Positions 24,241 to 36,200 of a DNA stretch of 64,000 bases are shown piece after piece. The notes beneath the pieces are model-generated. The model was given only the letters and a program-made list of their open reading frames with translations. It did not search any database and was not told where the DNA came from. This DNA is from Haplodiscus bocki (lineage: Eukaryota): assembly GCA_965655095.1 (NCBI GenBank), contig OZ296652.1:88908001-88972000 (forward strand). The letters are read 5' to 3'. A program made the translations under genes and the position numbers. How positions within the stretch are numbered: position 1 is the first letter of the stretch; each line of letters begins with the position of its first letter.

Positions 24241-27200
24241 AGCTACTTCCTGGACTCGTTTGGAACAGTCTAGGCCACCCCATTTGATGGAAGTGCTCGG
24301 GAGCTGCAAAGCATCATCGTCATTGATCCTCGAAGCCCCGTTTAAACACAATATAGTTGCTGTCTGATTTGTTCAGTTTGTTCAACTGTTGGTTCAATTT
24401 GATGTCGAACGCGCAACTCGAATAATTGATGTTGCTGGATGTCTGTAAGCTTCCATTAGGAATTAGAGTCCAAAGGTGGTCTGAATTGAAGCAAAAGCTA
24501 GCTGTTGGTTAAGGGTGTTAGGTTGAAGCAAAAACGAAGATTGTGCTCCGACAGATGCTCCATCGGATTCTTGTTTCCAAAAAACGTTTGGGAAGAGAAT
24601 GGCTTCGGTGTACAGCAGAGGGACTGACTTGTGACGCATTCGAGCGACAATGCTTTTTAAAAAATTTTCGAGAATTTTTTGTCTAAATGGCACTTTGGTT
24701 CGTTGCAAAGTGTTAAAATAATTGTTGAGTAACACTTGCGTTGGAAATCGAAATCGTCCAGTAGATGTAGATGTATTGTGTGGAGTAAAATCATTGACTT
24801 CAGCCCCTGCGTTTGTTGGCATTGTGTGTGTGCTAGTTGTTGCTTCTAGAAACATTGTCAAGAAATCAGTAGGATTGAAAAGTAATTGTGATTGTTTGTC
24901 TTGGCAAAGGCCATTGTTTAGGTATGTTTTCTCCAGACACGAGTGTTCCTCTGAAGCACTGCTTGCAAAGCTGTTGTCAGTCGGATGGCATTCCTCAGAC
25001 GGTGTGAGATTCTTTTCAGGGCGTCGGAGTTCGGAACTTGCGATCGGTTGTTGGTGACTGTTTCAGATCAACTGAAAATGCTTCAAACATATGGCTGTGG
25101 AACACCCAGGTGTTGCGCAAACCAACTTTCCCGTTACCACATTTCAGTTCAGCTCAAATCAATGTATCAGATGCTTTATTTTGTATTAGCTATGAATTGT
25201 GTTGTTGACAGTAAAACCAATTTTCTCCAACCATGCTTTCTAGAAAGCTTGCAGTTTTTTCTTTGGCATCTTTATCTGTAACGCTTTCATAGAAAGCCAA
25301 TTCCCATGACCCTATTGTCAAGAAATTGTAAACTTTAACAAAAGTAATTGAAGTGAAAGAGTTTTGGTTTGTGAAAGAATCAAACCATGCTGGAAGGTTG
25401 CCCCAGTGTTGGCAATAGAAGTCTCTTTTCTAAAAATCTCTGCTGAGACACTTCAACTTGAATTCAGATCCATCATAAAACATTTCATTTGGATGTAAGT
25501 CACAGTCTATTTCGGAGGATGATGGCGGCAGAACGAAAACTATTTTTTGCGGGTAACGTCCTCTTGTTTTTCTTGAAGGGTATTGAATGACCGGGTCTCA
25601 ACGTGAAAAGTCGGAAAACCAGGAGTTTGCAAAAACTTTTCCATCAGTTTAGCCGTGAACGACGTGTAGTTTTCCGTTCGCTTCATCTCATTAATTAAGT
25701 GATAGAAGATAGTTTTCGCTTTATTTCTTTTGTGCATGCTGGATGACAACATAATAGTTCGCAGGGCCTCCCCACATGAGAAACCTCAGCGTTTTTTGAT
25801 TGAATGATTTTTGCTCGAAACCTGGGTGAAAATCTAGCCAAGCCTTGCAAAACGGTGGATCCATGATCTGAGATTTTGAACCGTCGATTTGGTTTGCAGC
25901 TATGTTCACAATGCTCTGCATCTGGTTGAGCGTACAGACGCAAAATAAACTCATCTGTGCAACCGGTTGTGCCGCTGTTGAGGGAGATTTCCATTTGAAA
26001 AGAGTCATACAACGAGACAGTGATTGGACTTTCCTCTGCGCAGGAAATTGCTTTTTTTGGACATTAGAAAATAGGTATTGAAAGGGTAATCCACAAAGTT
26101 ATCGTCAATGACATGACTATCCAAATAATACTGAATCAACTCATATTTATCTGTACGACCGTGCGCTATGACTGATTCTGATAACCCATCTAACTCAGTG
26201 CTCTTGTTCAAAAATGTAGGAAAGTGTGAAGTGCTGGTGCTATTTCCATCATAACTGCCCCAATCCTCTATCAAAAGAAGGGAATATGAATTGAACTTCG
26301 GTTTGCAGTTCTAACCACATGTAACTGTTGTTTCGTTATTCCAATTCTTTCAGGTCTGTTTCAAGAAACGCTGTTGAGAACAAGATTACGCGGTGGATCA
26401 ACATACTGAAAAAAGTCTTCTCTGTGGTGTGAGCAAGTCATTCACACCAGGGCTCCTTTACACAAAATTCTAACCAATGGTCTTTTGTGGAATTTACCGA
26501 GGAGAAGGAAAGCCTCAGGAAATTGCAATAATGCTACGGAAATGGGAATTGAAATTTTTGCAGTGTTTGAAATTGGGGTCTATCGTCGGAAGGATGCTAA
26601 CAAAACTCACTGAATTGCCCCTCTCTACAAAATCCTTGCGACTCGATGGACATATAACGTCTGGAAAGGAGCTGGCGTTGGAATTTTGCTGAAAGCTACA
26701 GCTTTGAAGATTTTCAATGGTCTCGTCTCCTCTATGTCTAGCCAATCGACTGTTCTATCAGCGACAAGAAAATTTTGTTTATCGCACAAGGTCCTTAAAA
26801 GTGTCGGTAAAAAAGTCCCAAGACTTATAGTAAAGCTCACTTATAGGTAAAGGCAGAAATACAACCAGTTTAGCGACGATATCCGTATCTATTTTGGACT
26901 TTGTCCTATATGAACAAAAAATGCTAGGCCACGAGTACTTCAAGCGAATGTGATTGTCAGTGAGATATTGGAAACAGTTGTGACAAAGTTGCTGGTCACA
27001 AGTGCTTTTCAATGATTGCGCAGTTTGTCTTGTTTTGAAACGTTTGGCAGACTTTGAGTGACACTTAACTTTGAGGTCGTATTTTCGTGGAGGTCCCCAA
27101 ACATTTTTTGCATGTTAGGCCCTCGTTCGTAACATTTTCCGGATGAAAAGGTTCAGACTGGATCGGAGTAAGATGTTCTTTCAATTTTCCGGTAAATCCT

Positions 27201-27400
27201 TCTTTAAGAACGAAGTGTCTGACATCGCTGGTAGTTCCTGTTTTTCTGCTGCTTGGATGGCTGCAGAAGTATGCGGTTTCTCCAGGAAGCATTGTGGAGA
27301 GGCTCTAATTTTATATTCGGCTGTAGAATTTACGAGGAAAAATCTCACAATTTGCTAGTGGGAGGTATCTTGAAAAAGAAAGACCTGAGGACGTTGTTCG

Positions 27401-27928
27401 TCAAACGCCGACGAAAACCAAATCCACTCGCCCAATATGTTGGAGTACACTGAAACATCCAGTTTTGAGATGTGACAAAATGTTGCAATTTCTACAGATC
27501 CCCCATAAGATTTTGTCTCTCATTCTAGTGGCTAACAGGTAGTCTGAGGCAGTTTCTGCAGCGTTACCATCAACCTTCACTAAAACAGCAGGTTCGTAGT
27601 TGAGAGAAAATATGTTGTCACAAATTGATTGTCGGAATTGTAAGAAATTTCGTTCTGTAGCACTGACGAGTCGGGAAAAGCGGTGAAAGAGGCAATCTCC
27701 GTCGCCGGATACATTTTGAGGTGTTCCAGGTTTTACAGTATTGAAGGATGATGAAGGAGGATGAACACTTAAAGGGAAACCCCGACCTTCTATTCCCAAA
27801 GCAGAAGCTGCAGTCTGCAAGACGTTCGTTGAAGCGGGTATGATGGGTGTTGTATCCTGGTCACCTCGTTGAAGAACCAGTAGCTCATCAATCAGTGGCG
27901 GATCGGACTCTCTTACATTTGATGGCAA
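27401..27928 (-). pseudogene. OTU-like cysteine protease domain
   Basis: NVSGDGDCLFHRFSRLV...FRQSICD...YL...MR...WG matches the OTU pattern GDGNCLFRA...R...WG. The 3' part is frameshifted. Confidence 0.85.
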
Positions 27929-30199
27929 GTTATCAAAACAAATGAGAGAGTCGCATTCTCATCTTAGTAAGTTTCTATACCTACTTTCGTTAGTTTCTCG
28001 TATGTTTTTTTTTCAATTTTCAGTTCGACAATGTAAGTTTTCAGCCAATTGCTGTTTTTGAAGGCATCACGATTTTCAAGCAAATAAAATTCATGACGTG
28101 ATTATGCTACTTTGGTTTCAAGTTCTGAAAATAATTATATTAGGATTAAAATGTGAAGGAACTTCAAATTTTAGCGTATTGGCTTAGGAAGTTAAACGAC
28201 TGAAAAGTTTTTTCTCAGTATTATCATTTTGTTTTTTTAATTTTCGTAAAAAACTTACTTTTGTTGTGCTATCAAATGAAACAATACTTTTTCTCAACGT
28301 TTTTCACTCTTGGCAGTATCATCATTAATATGCATCACATCATGGGAAAAAACATTAAATTCTCTTGGAGTTATGTTACTACTGCTGCAACTACTATTTA
28401 TGACAGAATTACCATTAGTGTCTCGCTTCAGAAATTTCTAGACTATAAATATTTGCAATTGTAGGCTGTTTTATAACTTTCACTTTTCCTATGGTTGTTG
28501 TTTTTATATGAGAAAAAAAACATTCTGGACATTCTCCCGTTGAAAGAGATAGAAAGTGGATTTTTTCCTACCTTTCTATATTTGCTGTAACATTCTCACC
28601 AATTTTGTGAATTTTCCAAGAAAAATTGCAACATGATTGTTTTTCTTGTGTTTTTATCTGATACTTATTTAAAAAAATGATTTAAAGTTACCTGGTGCAT
28701 TCAACTAGTTTTTTAAGAAACTACCTTATTCAAATGTAATCAATTTATCTGACTGTTGAGCATTTGTCGTAATTGCTCTGTGGTTACTGTCATTGACGAA
28801 TGTTGGAAGACAAAGCGAACAACATTGTTCCAAAACGAAGTGATATTCACTGTGCTGGGTTTGAGCGAATTAATAGAGCTATTTTAATCTTGTTTAAAGG
28901 TTCTGTTTTCGTTTTTGTCACTACAGTGTGGTGAAAGAAAAACAATATTTCGAAACCTAAAAACTCTTGAACAGCAAAAATAAATACAAGAAATTTACGT
29001 ATGCCCAATAATGACAACAACAAAAAGGTACACTTAGACGTGAATAAATTATCTATATTTGCATCATTTCTGGCTGGCTCAACTTTGTATACAGTGAAAA
29101 TTTTGTTATCTACTGAGCTTAGTTTTCGTTCACCTACTGCACGTTTTTGTCTCTTTCTGAGGTGGATCATCGTTGTCAAATAAGTTCTCTGAAGTAATGG
29201 TGATGCGTGGTCGTCAATGAAGTTGTCCTTAAACGATTGAAAATAAAAAAACGCTGCCGATGGAGAGAACTGTGGCTATCCTTGTTTAACTAACATCTTG
29301 GCTTAAGGCTATATCAGTGTGGAAGTTGCATTGACTTGCAGTGTCTCTGACCATTCGGCCGCGACAACTTTTATTTCGTTGAACTTTTCGCTGAAAAGTC
29401 AAAATATGGTCTAAAATTTTCCAACTGAATTTTACCAGGGAAATTAATAGAACTCAATTTTGATTTCTTTTGGATGATTTCTTTTTTTGCGCCATCATAT
29501 AAAAGCATGTCACTCTGTAAAATAATGTTGTTAGATTTTTTTCTAACTTTCTTTCCGCCAGATATTTAGAATATAGGGAAGATACTGCAAGCTCCAGAAA
29601 TGCGCAGTAACTGAGTATATTTTTAAATTGGACTATTTCTCAGTAATAGTTCCTTCTTATAGTCCTTGGAAAATAGCATAAACACCACTGCTGATCATGA
29701 AATCCTGGAAGATTTTGCCTTTGCAAAATTTGGATATTGAATCTGAACTGTGGTTAAGGTTATCTGTTGGAGAAAAAAAGAGAATGTAATTATTGAGTAT
29801 GCAATGAGCAAAATAATATTCAACAACTAGTTGGCTGATAACTATGTTAAAAACGAGGAAAAAACTTTGGTCAGCAAATTATCGATAGTTTTATTTATAA
29901 ATTCAACAAGAAAAAAATAAGCTGATGGCCACAGATGGACATCACCTTAATTAAAGGTTTCAGTTTTATAGACTGAGCAGAAGGAACGAATAGTTGTCCC
30001 AGTTTTCCTTTTAGCAACTGGTTGACCATCGGGACTGCAGAACAATTTTTGCCGGGAAGCAGAACAAAGACCAGGCAACACTTGCCGATTGAGCGACAAT
30101 AGTTGTAGAGATCTCAACAAAGTTGTCAAAAGGTAAGGATTAAAATCGGCAGAATTGTTGAAAAATTGTTGAGTCTAGACGTGTTGAAGCCGATGGTTT

Positions 30200-30550
30200 T
30201 TACATTTTTTGATTTTGATTTTTCAAGTTTGAATTACAAAAACAGGAACCATTGAAACGGTTTCTATGGCAATTAATTTCGGTTGGTGGCCTACTGTGTA
30301 AATTTATTTCACAATTTTGTATTTTGGCTGCGCATGCCGCAGGTGTTCTCGGTGCAGGATTTTTTCTTCGGTGAAAAGAAAAGTCATTTCCCCCCAGGAT
30401 TAGCATGAACACATCAAAGTCTTGATGAAAGATATGATTCTCAAGGTCAATGGCTTTCCATCCACCTCTGCTACTAATGGTGACTGGGTATACAAAAATA
30501 GAGTGTGGAACTGTTTGCAGGTGGCTGTCGCCAAAGAATAGAAATTTCAT
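30200..30550 (-). pseudogene. SGNH/GDSL hydrolase-like small ORF
   Basis: MKFLFFGDSHL (block I GDS), SRGGWKA (block II G), DVFMLILGGNDF (block III GxND). The C-terminus appears frameshifted. Confidence 0.75.
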
Positions 30551-31638
30551 AATTTTAAGAGAAACTGAAAAAAAGGAACATTACTTTTCTTGTATCGCTT
30601 TTATTGAAATCTTGATGGATTCATCAGCACGTCGATGAAGCTACTATAGAAGCTGTAAAAGAAAGAGGTACTGCGAGTGCCAATCGACGCCTAATTTAGA
30701 AGAGTGTATTTTTTTAACAACTAGAGCTGTGCAACAAGCCCTGGCATTGATTAGTCTTGCACCATTGAATTACCGACCCTAAAAAACTTTAGGTGAAGGC
30801 AAAGGGGCGAAAAAATATTGACGGTCAATGTAAAAAGGAAAGTGCATTCAATTTCATTGTTGTGAATTTTTTCGAGTTAAGAAAGAGCTAGTTTGCCCTG
30901 TAATACTGTGGAAATTAAGGTGACTTTTTTCTAGAAAAACCTGCGAGTTAGTTTTTCCTATCGTTGGCGCTTTATTTGGTGTCATAACCGACGGTGCAAA
31001 CCTGAAGTCGAACCTGGAAGTATCTTGTTATTCTTGAAACTTTTCTGCTTTTGAATTTTTGATTTTTTCATCAGGTCTTTTGAATACAATTGAAATCTTG
31101 ATTTTTTCTGCGAGATTTTCCTGTTGAATTGGGAACCTGTTAATAGAAGAAAACGGGTATGTACAAAATAATTTTGTAATGCGAAATTTTATCATTCAAA
31201 ACAGCAGAAGAAACAAAATTAAAAAGCGTGCAAACACACTGCAAAAACAAGGTTTGGAACCTGTCAAAAAACAGGAACCCCTACATGCGGAAACACAGTG
31301 TCAAGCAGCCACAGACCTATCAAGATAACAAAGAAAACCGGCCACCTGAAATTAAGAAACCAGAACACACACTTTGGTTTAGTAGCCGAAACTAAAAAAA
31401 CAGAAGCTGAATGAGTAATAGGTTGACCACATACGTTTATTGGCTGAAAATGGAAAAATTGGCGAATGAAACCATCAACCTTGAAAGGAAAAAAACTTGA
31501 TGGCGAAATAAATGAAAGCGGAATTAGGAGAATAAGCCGAGAAACCCACACTAAGGAATAATCGCAGTCACTCTCACACGCATACACACTCTCACAAACA
31601 GACATAAACGAAACACACAAAGAGACAGACAAAACAGG

Positions 31639-31676
31639 CACACACACACACACACGCACACACACACACACACACA
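31639..31676. repeat. (CA)n microsatellite
   Basis: About 19 CA units with one CG interruption, within a CA/GA-rich stretch. Confidence 0.95.
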
Positions 31677-33261
31677 AAAGAGAGAAGATGAGAGAGATAG
31701 AACAAATTCTCAGCAGGATCAAATTCAAACGCAGCAGACATTCACTTCTGAAGGAGCGAGAAGTACGTCAAACAAATCACGCACACACAGCTCCGATGAA
31801 TCACTTCAAAATCAAAAATGCTGCAAAAAAACATAGTCAGAGTTGACAATGAATATCTAAGTACCAAAAAAGATTAGATCAGGCGGAATCATAGCGAATA
31901 AAAACCCTGCTAACAAAGCGATTTTTCCTGACACAAAACAACACCGGCTTGATTGTGCCTTGATGGCCGTTTTAAAAAGTGAGAATGTTTTCATCAATTT
32001 CAACCACAAATATTTATTTTGAAGTAAAGGCTTGTAAATTAGGAACTTTTTAACATCACAAACGTGAACTCCAGCAAAAAGACAAAGCTGAAAAAACGAC
32101 GATGAAGAAAGCAGCATTTTAAGGGCTAGAGCGTGTGGTCATCGGTATTTGAAGGACGCAAAGTCTCGAGTGTATCTTTTAAATTTGAAAAAACCGAGGC
32201 TATTCATTTGCTGACCTGCAGCCCAACTTGTGTTACCTGCTGTGATCAACAAGAGTTTTCTAGTTTGTGTCCTCGGGTGTTTCTGAACTGCGTTTTTGTC
32301 AAACATTGAGGCTTTTTAATTGCATTTTTGAAGTCATGTGGTTGAAGCAGATGGTTCCTTAGGCTAGCACTACTAATTTTTCGGAGAGTTTCAATTTTTT
32401 CCAGATTGTTTTTTTGTAGTTAACATTCCGAAAACAGCAGTTTCATGTTCAGCTTAACAAAATTAACACAGACTGATTCTCTTTTGCCCTATTAAAAAAA
32501 CAACGAAATAACATAAATCACGCAAACAATGTTTTCAAAACTTCGGTCAACTCTAATGATTATTACTTGTAACAAAGACAAAACAAGACACTTTTTTGCT
32601 CGAAAACTAACTCAAACCCCACAACATATCCCGGTTCGGTTTTTGGACTGGTTTTTTTTCTTGTCAACAGATTGTGGGGGAGCTTCACAACAATGACCAC
32701 CGGTACAAAACTTCGGCCAAATTATACAATGAAAAGTTAATGCTTGATAAAACTTTTTCAATATACCGACAATTTTAAAAACGCTTGAAGACTTGCCAAG
32801 TCGATTTGCTGGGAGGAAAATTGGCCAAGGTTTGCCCACTGTGAAGCTTATTTGAAAAAAATGAGCAGGAAGGGCAAAGATTTGAACCCAGAAATCGGAA
32901 AATTGACAAAATTATCAATTTCTCACTGAGTTTCTGCTCAAAAGACATCAAACACCTCAAAAGACGCGTATTTAAGTGCTGAACAGATCTGTACTCCCAT
33001 AAGGAAGCGCTCCATGCAACCCCGAGGAAGTTACAGGCTGTGAAAGTCAAATATCTGAAAAAGGGCCAAAATTTGGGTCGGAAATTAAGTTTTTGGTCAG
33101 CAAAGACCCAAAAGTTCTGAAAACTGCAGGAAAAAATTCTTATATCGTCGATTTCAGGCCGCATGCAAAATTTAGGGCGAATCGTAATGCTAGGCATCGA
33201 GATCTTCAGAAATAGAGCCAAAATCGCCTAGTACTTTTAAGACAAATGAATGCAAGTCTCG

Positions 33262-36200
33262 ACTGATGTTGTAAAACTACGTGATGTGACCAACACTCAG
33301 AGGCCAAAGCAAATTTCTGAGACGTCAGCTAAGTCGCTCATTGTCCGTCCTGTCACAAGCTCCCCAACATACAATTACTGACTACGACTTAGTTAGTGTC
33401 TCAAAACAAAGTGCGCGTGAGCAAAAGGCTGATAAACCGCCTGACTGGCTGTGAATGGACATAGCTAAGGTCTTTTGATGAAAATTAGTCTCGGAACGCA
33501 GTAAATATTTCACACTATCGTGCTTGACATTGAATTGCAATAGCAAGATTCTCAAACCTAGTTGCAACGAGGATTTGAACAAAGGTTTCATTCATGAATA
33601 GCGACCCCCATATCTTCAATTTCCCCAAACATCCAAAAAAACTCGTCACCTAATTTGATCTTTTCTATGTCAAAGAAAAAAATTAAACCTTTTGAACCAT
33701 ACATGCATCGATTGTGTTTTTGTATATGGCTTTGTTTTTTTTGTAAATAATCCAAGCCTTCTTCCTGTGTTTTCACAACTTCCTATTTTTCGCAAAGTTG
33801 ACTTCGAATACAGCCAACAGCTCGTTTTGGTTCAATCTATTGATTCGGAAAAACGCAACTGGACAAAAATCAACGACCCAAGACATTCAAGATGTTTTCC
33901 AGCCGCTATCGACGGCGGCGCCGACACTGGATTTATCCTCAAAACGCTCAAAAATTTTAATTGTTTTTGCAGTCTCTGATGGAGCCTCAAGATTTCGTCG
34001 TTTTTTGTAGACAGCCAATGCAGGCTGCAGTTGTCAAACGAATGAATGCGAATCTTGGCACTTCTGGCAAAACAATGTAAGTGACTAAAACTTAGAGGCC
34101 TTGGCAAGTTAAATACACATCAATGAACACGGTCTTTGTCCGTCTTGTCAAAAACTTCCGAATGTTGCATTTACTGTCTTTTGCTTTTAGGCGTCGAAAC
34201 AGAGTGCGTGTAATTAAAAAATTGAAAAACCACTTACGCGTCTGTAGGTGGTCATATCGAATATTTTTGATGAAAGCATGTCTAGGAACGCAAAACGTAA
34301 ATTACAATGGCTTGTTTTACAAGGAAGCACAAAAGAAAGAACTTCAACCTTGGTCGTAAAGAGGATTGGAACAAAGAGTCTCAATCAAGAGCAGCGACAT
34401 CCCTATCTTCATTTTCGCGAAACTTCCGAGAAAAGTCTCCACCTATTTTGAACTGTCTTATGGAATTAAACACAACCAAACCAACTGAGTAATACACCCT
34501 TAATAATAATGTCAATGTTGTCTTTGTGTTTGCTGCCAAAGTTGTTTGGCCTTTTTAGCGCCCTTAAGGATGCCTAAAATGGCAATGGCTCATTTAGCGG
34601 GCATCGATGACAACTAGGTTGTCCTTTTTTTGAGGGAGATTCATGCAGCACATTTGCTGGCCGATGTTTCAGGCTAAAAACTGTCCTTTACAGCGTTCAA
34701 GTTAACGTCCGTAGTAATCAATGACAACTATTTCTTTTTATTTTGCTTCATTTGCATTAAAAACTTCCAAGCGCTGTTCCTGTAACTTCCCTAACTTCTA
34801 AACTTTCCGAAACTTGACTTCGAAAGTTGACAAGGGCTCGGTTTGGGATAGTTTGTTGTTTCTCAAAGTTGCAACTGAGCGCGAATTAAGGACCATTGGA
34901 ATTCAAAATGTTTTTCAGTCCCTTTCGACGGCAACGCTTACACTGGAGGTTTCCTAAAGACGCTATAAAGTTCAAAATGTTTTTGCAGTCTCTCAATAAG
35001 CCTTAAGATTTCGTCGTTTTTTTAGACAGCCCAGGCACGCTGCAGTTGTCAAACGAATGAATAGGAATCTCGATTCTTCTTGCAAATCTACTCATTGTGA
35101 CCAAACCGTAGATGCGTTGGTAAGTTTTTGAGATATCTGCGAACACAGTCTTTGTCCGTCCTGTCGCAATTTCCCAACTTGAAATTACCGCACCGTGGCT
35201 TTGTCAGCGTCGAAACAGAATGCGAGTAACCAAGAGGTTGATTAACTGGCTGCCCGGTCGTAGGGGCTGAAACTTTTGTTTTTTGATAAAAGTGTATGTA
35301 GGAAAGCAATCAATATTTCACACTGTTATGTTTGACGTGAAATTCGAAAAGCAAGATTCTCAAACCCAGTTGTGACGAGGATTTGCAAAAAGTCTCCACC
35401 AACAACAGCGACCTCCAAACCAATTTTTTTTCACCAAACTGTCAAAAAAAATCGTCACCTCCTTTGATCTGTGCTATGGCAATGAAAACAATTAACCCAA
35501 AGGAACCAAACATGTAACAACTGTGTTTGTTTGAAGTGCTTTGTATTCCTGTAAAACAACCAATCCCTCTTCCTGTACTTACACAAAGTTCGAAACTTTC
35601 TTAAACTTGACGTCGACAACAGTCAAGAGCTCGTTTTGGAACGTTCTCTGTTTTCTCAAAAATGCAACTGGAAGCGAATTAAAGACCCGCGACATTCTAG
35701 ATATTGTCCAATCGCTTTTGACGTCAGCGCTAACACTGGAGGTTTCCCAAGAGCGCTAAAAACGTTCTAAAGATTTTGCAGTCTCTCAATTAGCCCTAAT
35801 TTTTGTCGTTTCTAGGTACCGTCAAAGCACGCTGCAGTTGTTGAACGAATGAAGGTTAATCTCGATTCTTCTGGCGAATGTACTCAATGTGATTAAAAGT
35901 GATCAAACGAAAGATGCATTGGTAAGTTACTCAGATATCTGTGAGCACGGCCTTTGTCCGATCTGTCGAAAGCTTCCCAACTTGAAGTTACTGAACCGTG
36001 GTTTTGTTAGCATCGAGACAGAGTGCCAATAACCAAAAAACTGATTAACCGGCTTTACGGTTGTAGGAGGCTAAATCTAATGTTTTTTGATGAAAGTGTG
36101 AGTTGGGAAGCAGCAAATAATTCACACTGTCATGTTTGACGTGAAATTGGAAAAGCAAGATGCTCAAACCTAGTTGTAACGAGGATTTGAACAAAGGTGT

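Larger units (their letters stand above)
20357..27928 (-). pseudogene. Helitron-like RepHel polyprotein pseudogene (~2500 codons): OTU - Cys-rich region - HUH Rep - PIF1/SF1B helicase - GIY-YIG-like
   Basis: A chain of minus-strand ORF fragments with domain motifs in the expected order, broken by many stops and frameshifts. Confidence 0.9.
11632..30640 (-). mobile_element. Decayed Helitron-like rolling-circle transposon (extent approximate, 5' end not identified)
   Basis: Co-linear OTU, HUH Rep and PIF1 helicase motifs on the minus strand at 27928-20811. Candidate 3' CTAG terminus with hairpins at 11632-11704, abutting the satellite. The region interrupts the satellite. Confidence 0.8.

Noticed and set aside
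31264-31728. 154 aa hydrophobic ORF as a membrane protein
   Set aside because: The CVCVCV content comes from the (CA)n microsatellite and T-rich low-complexity sequence.
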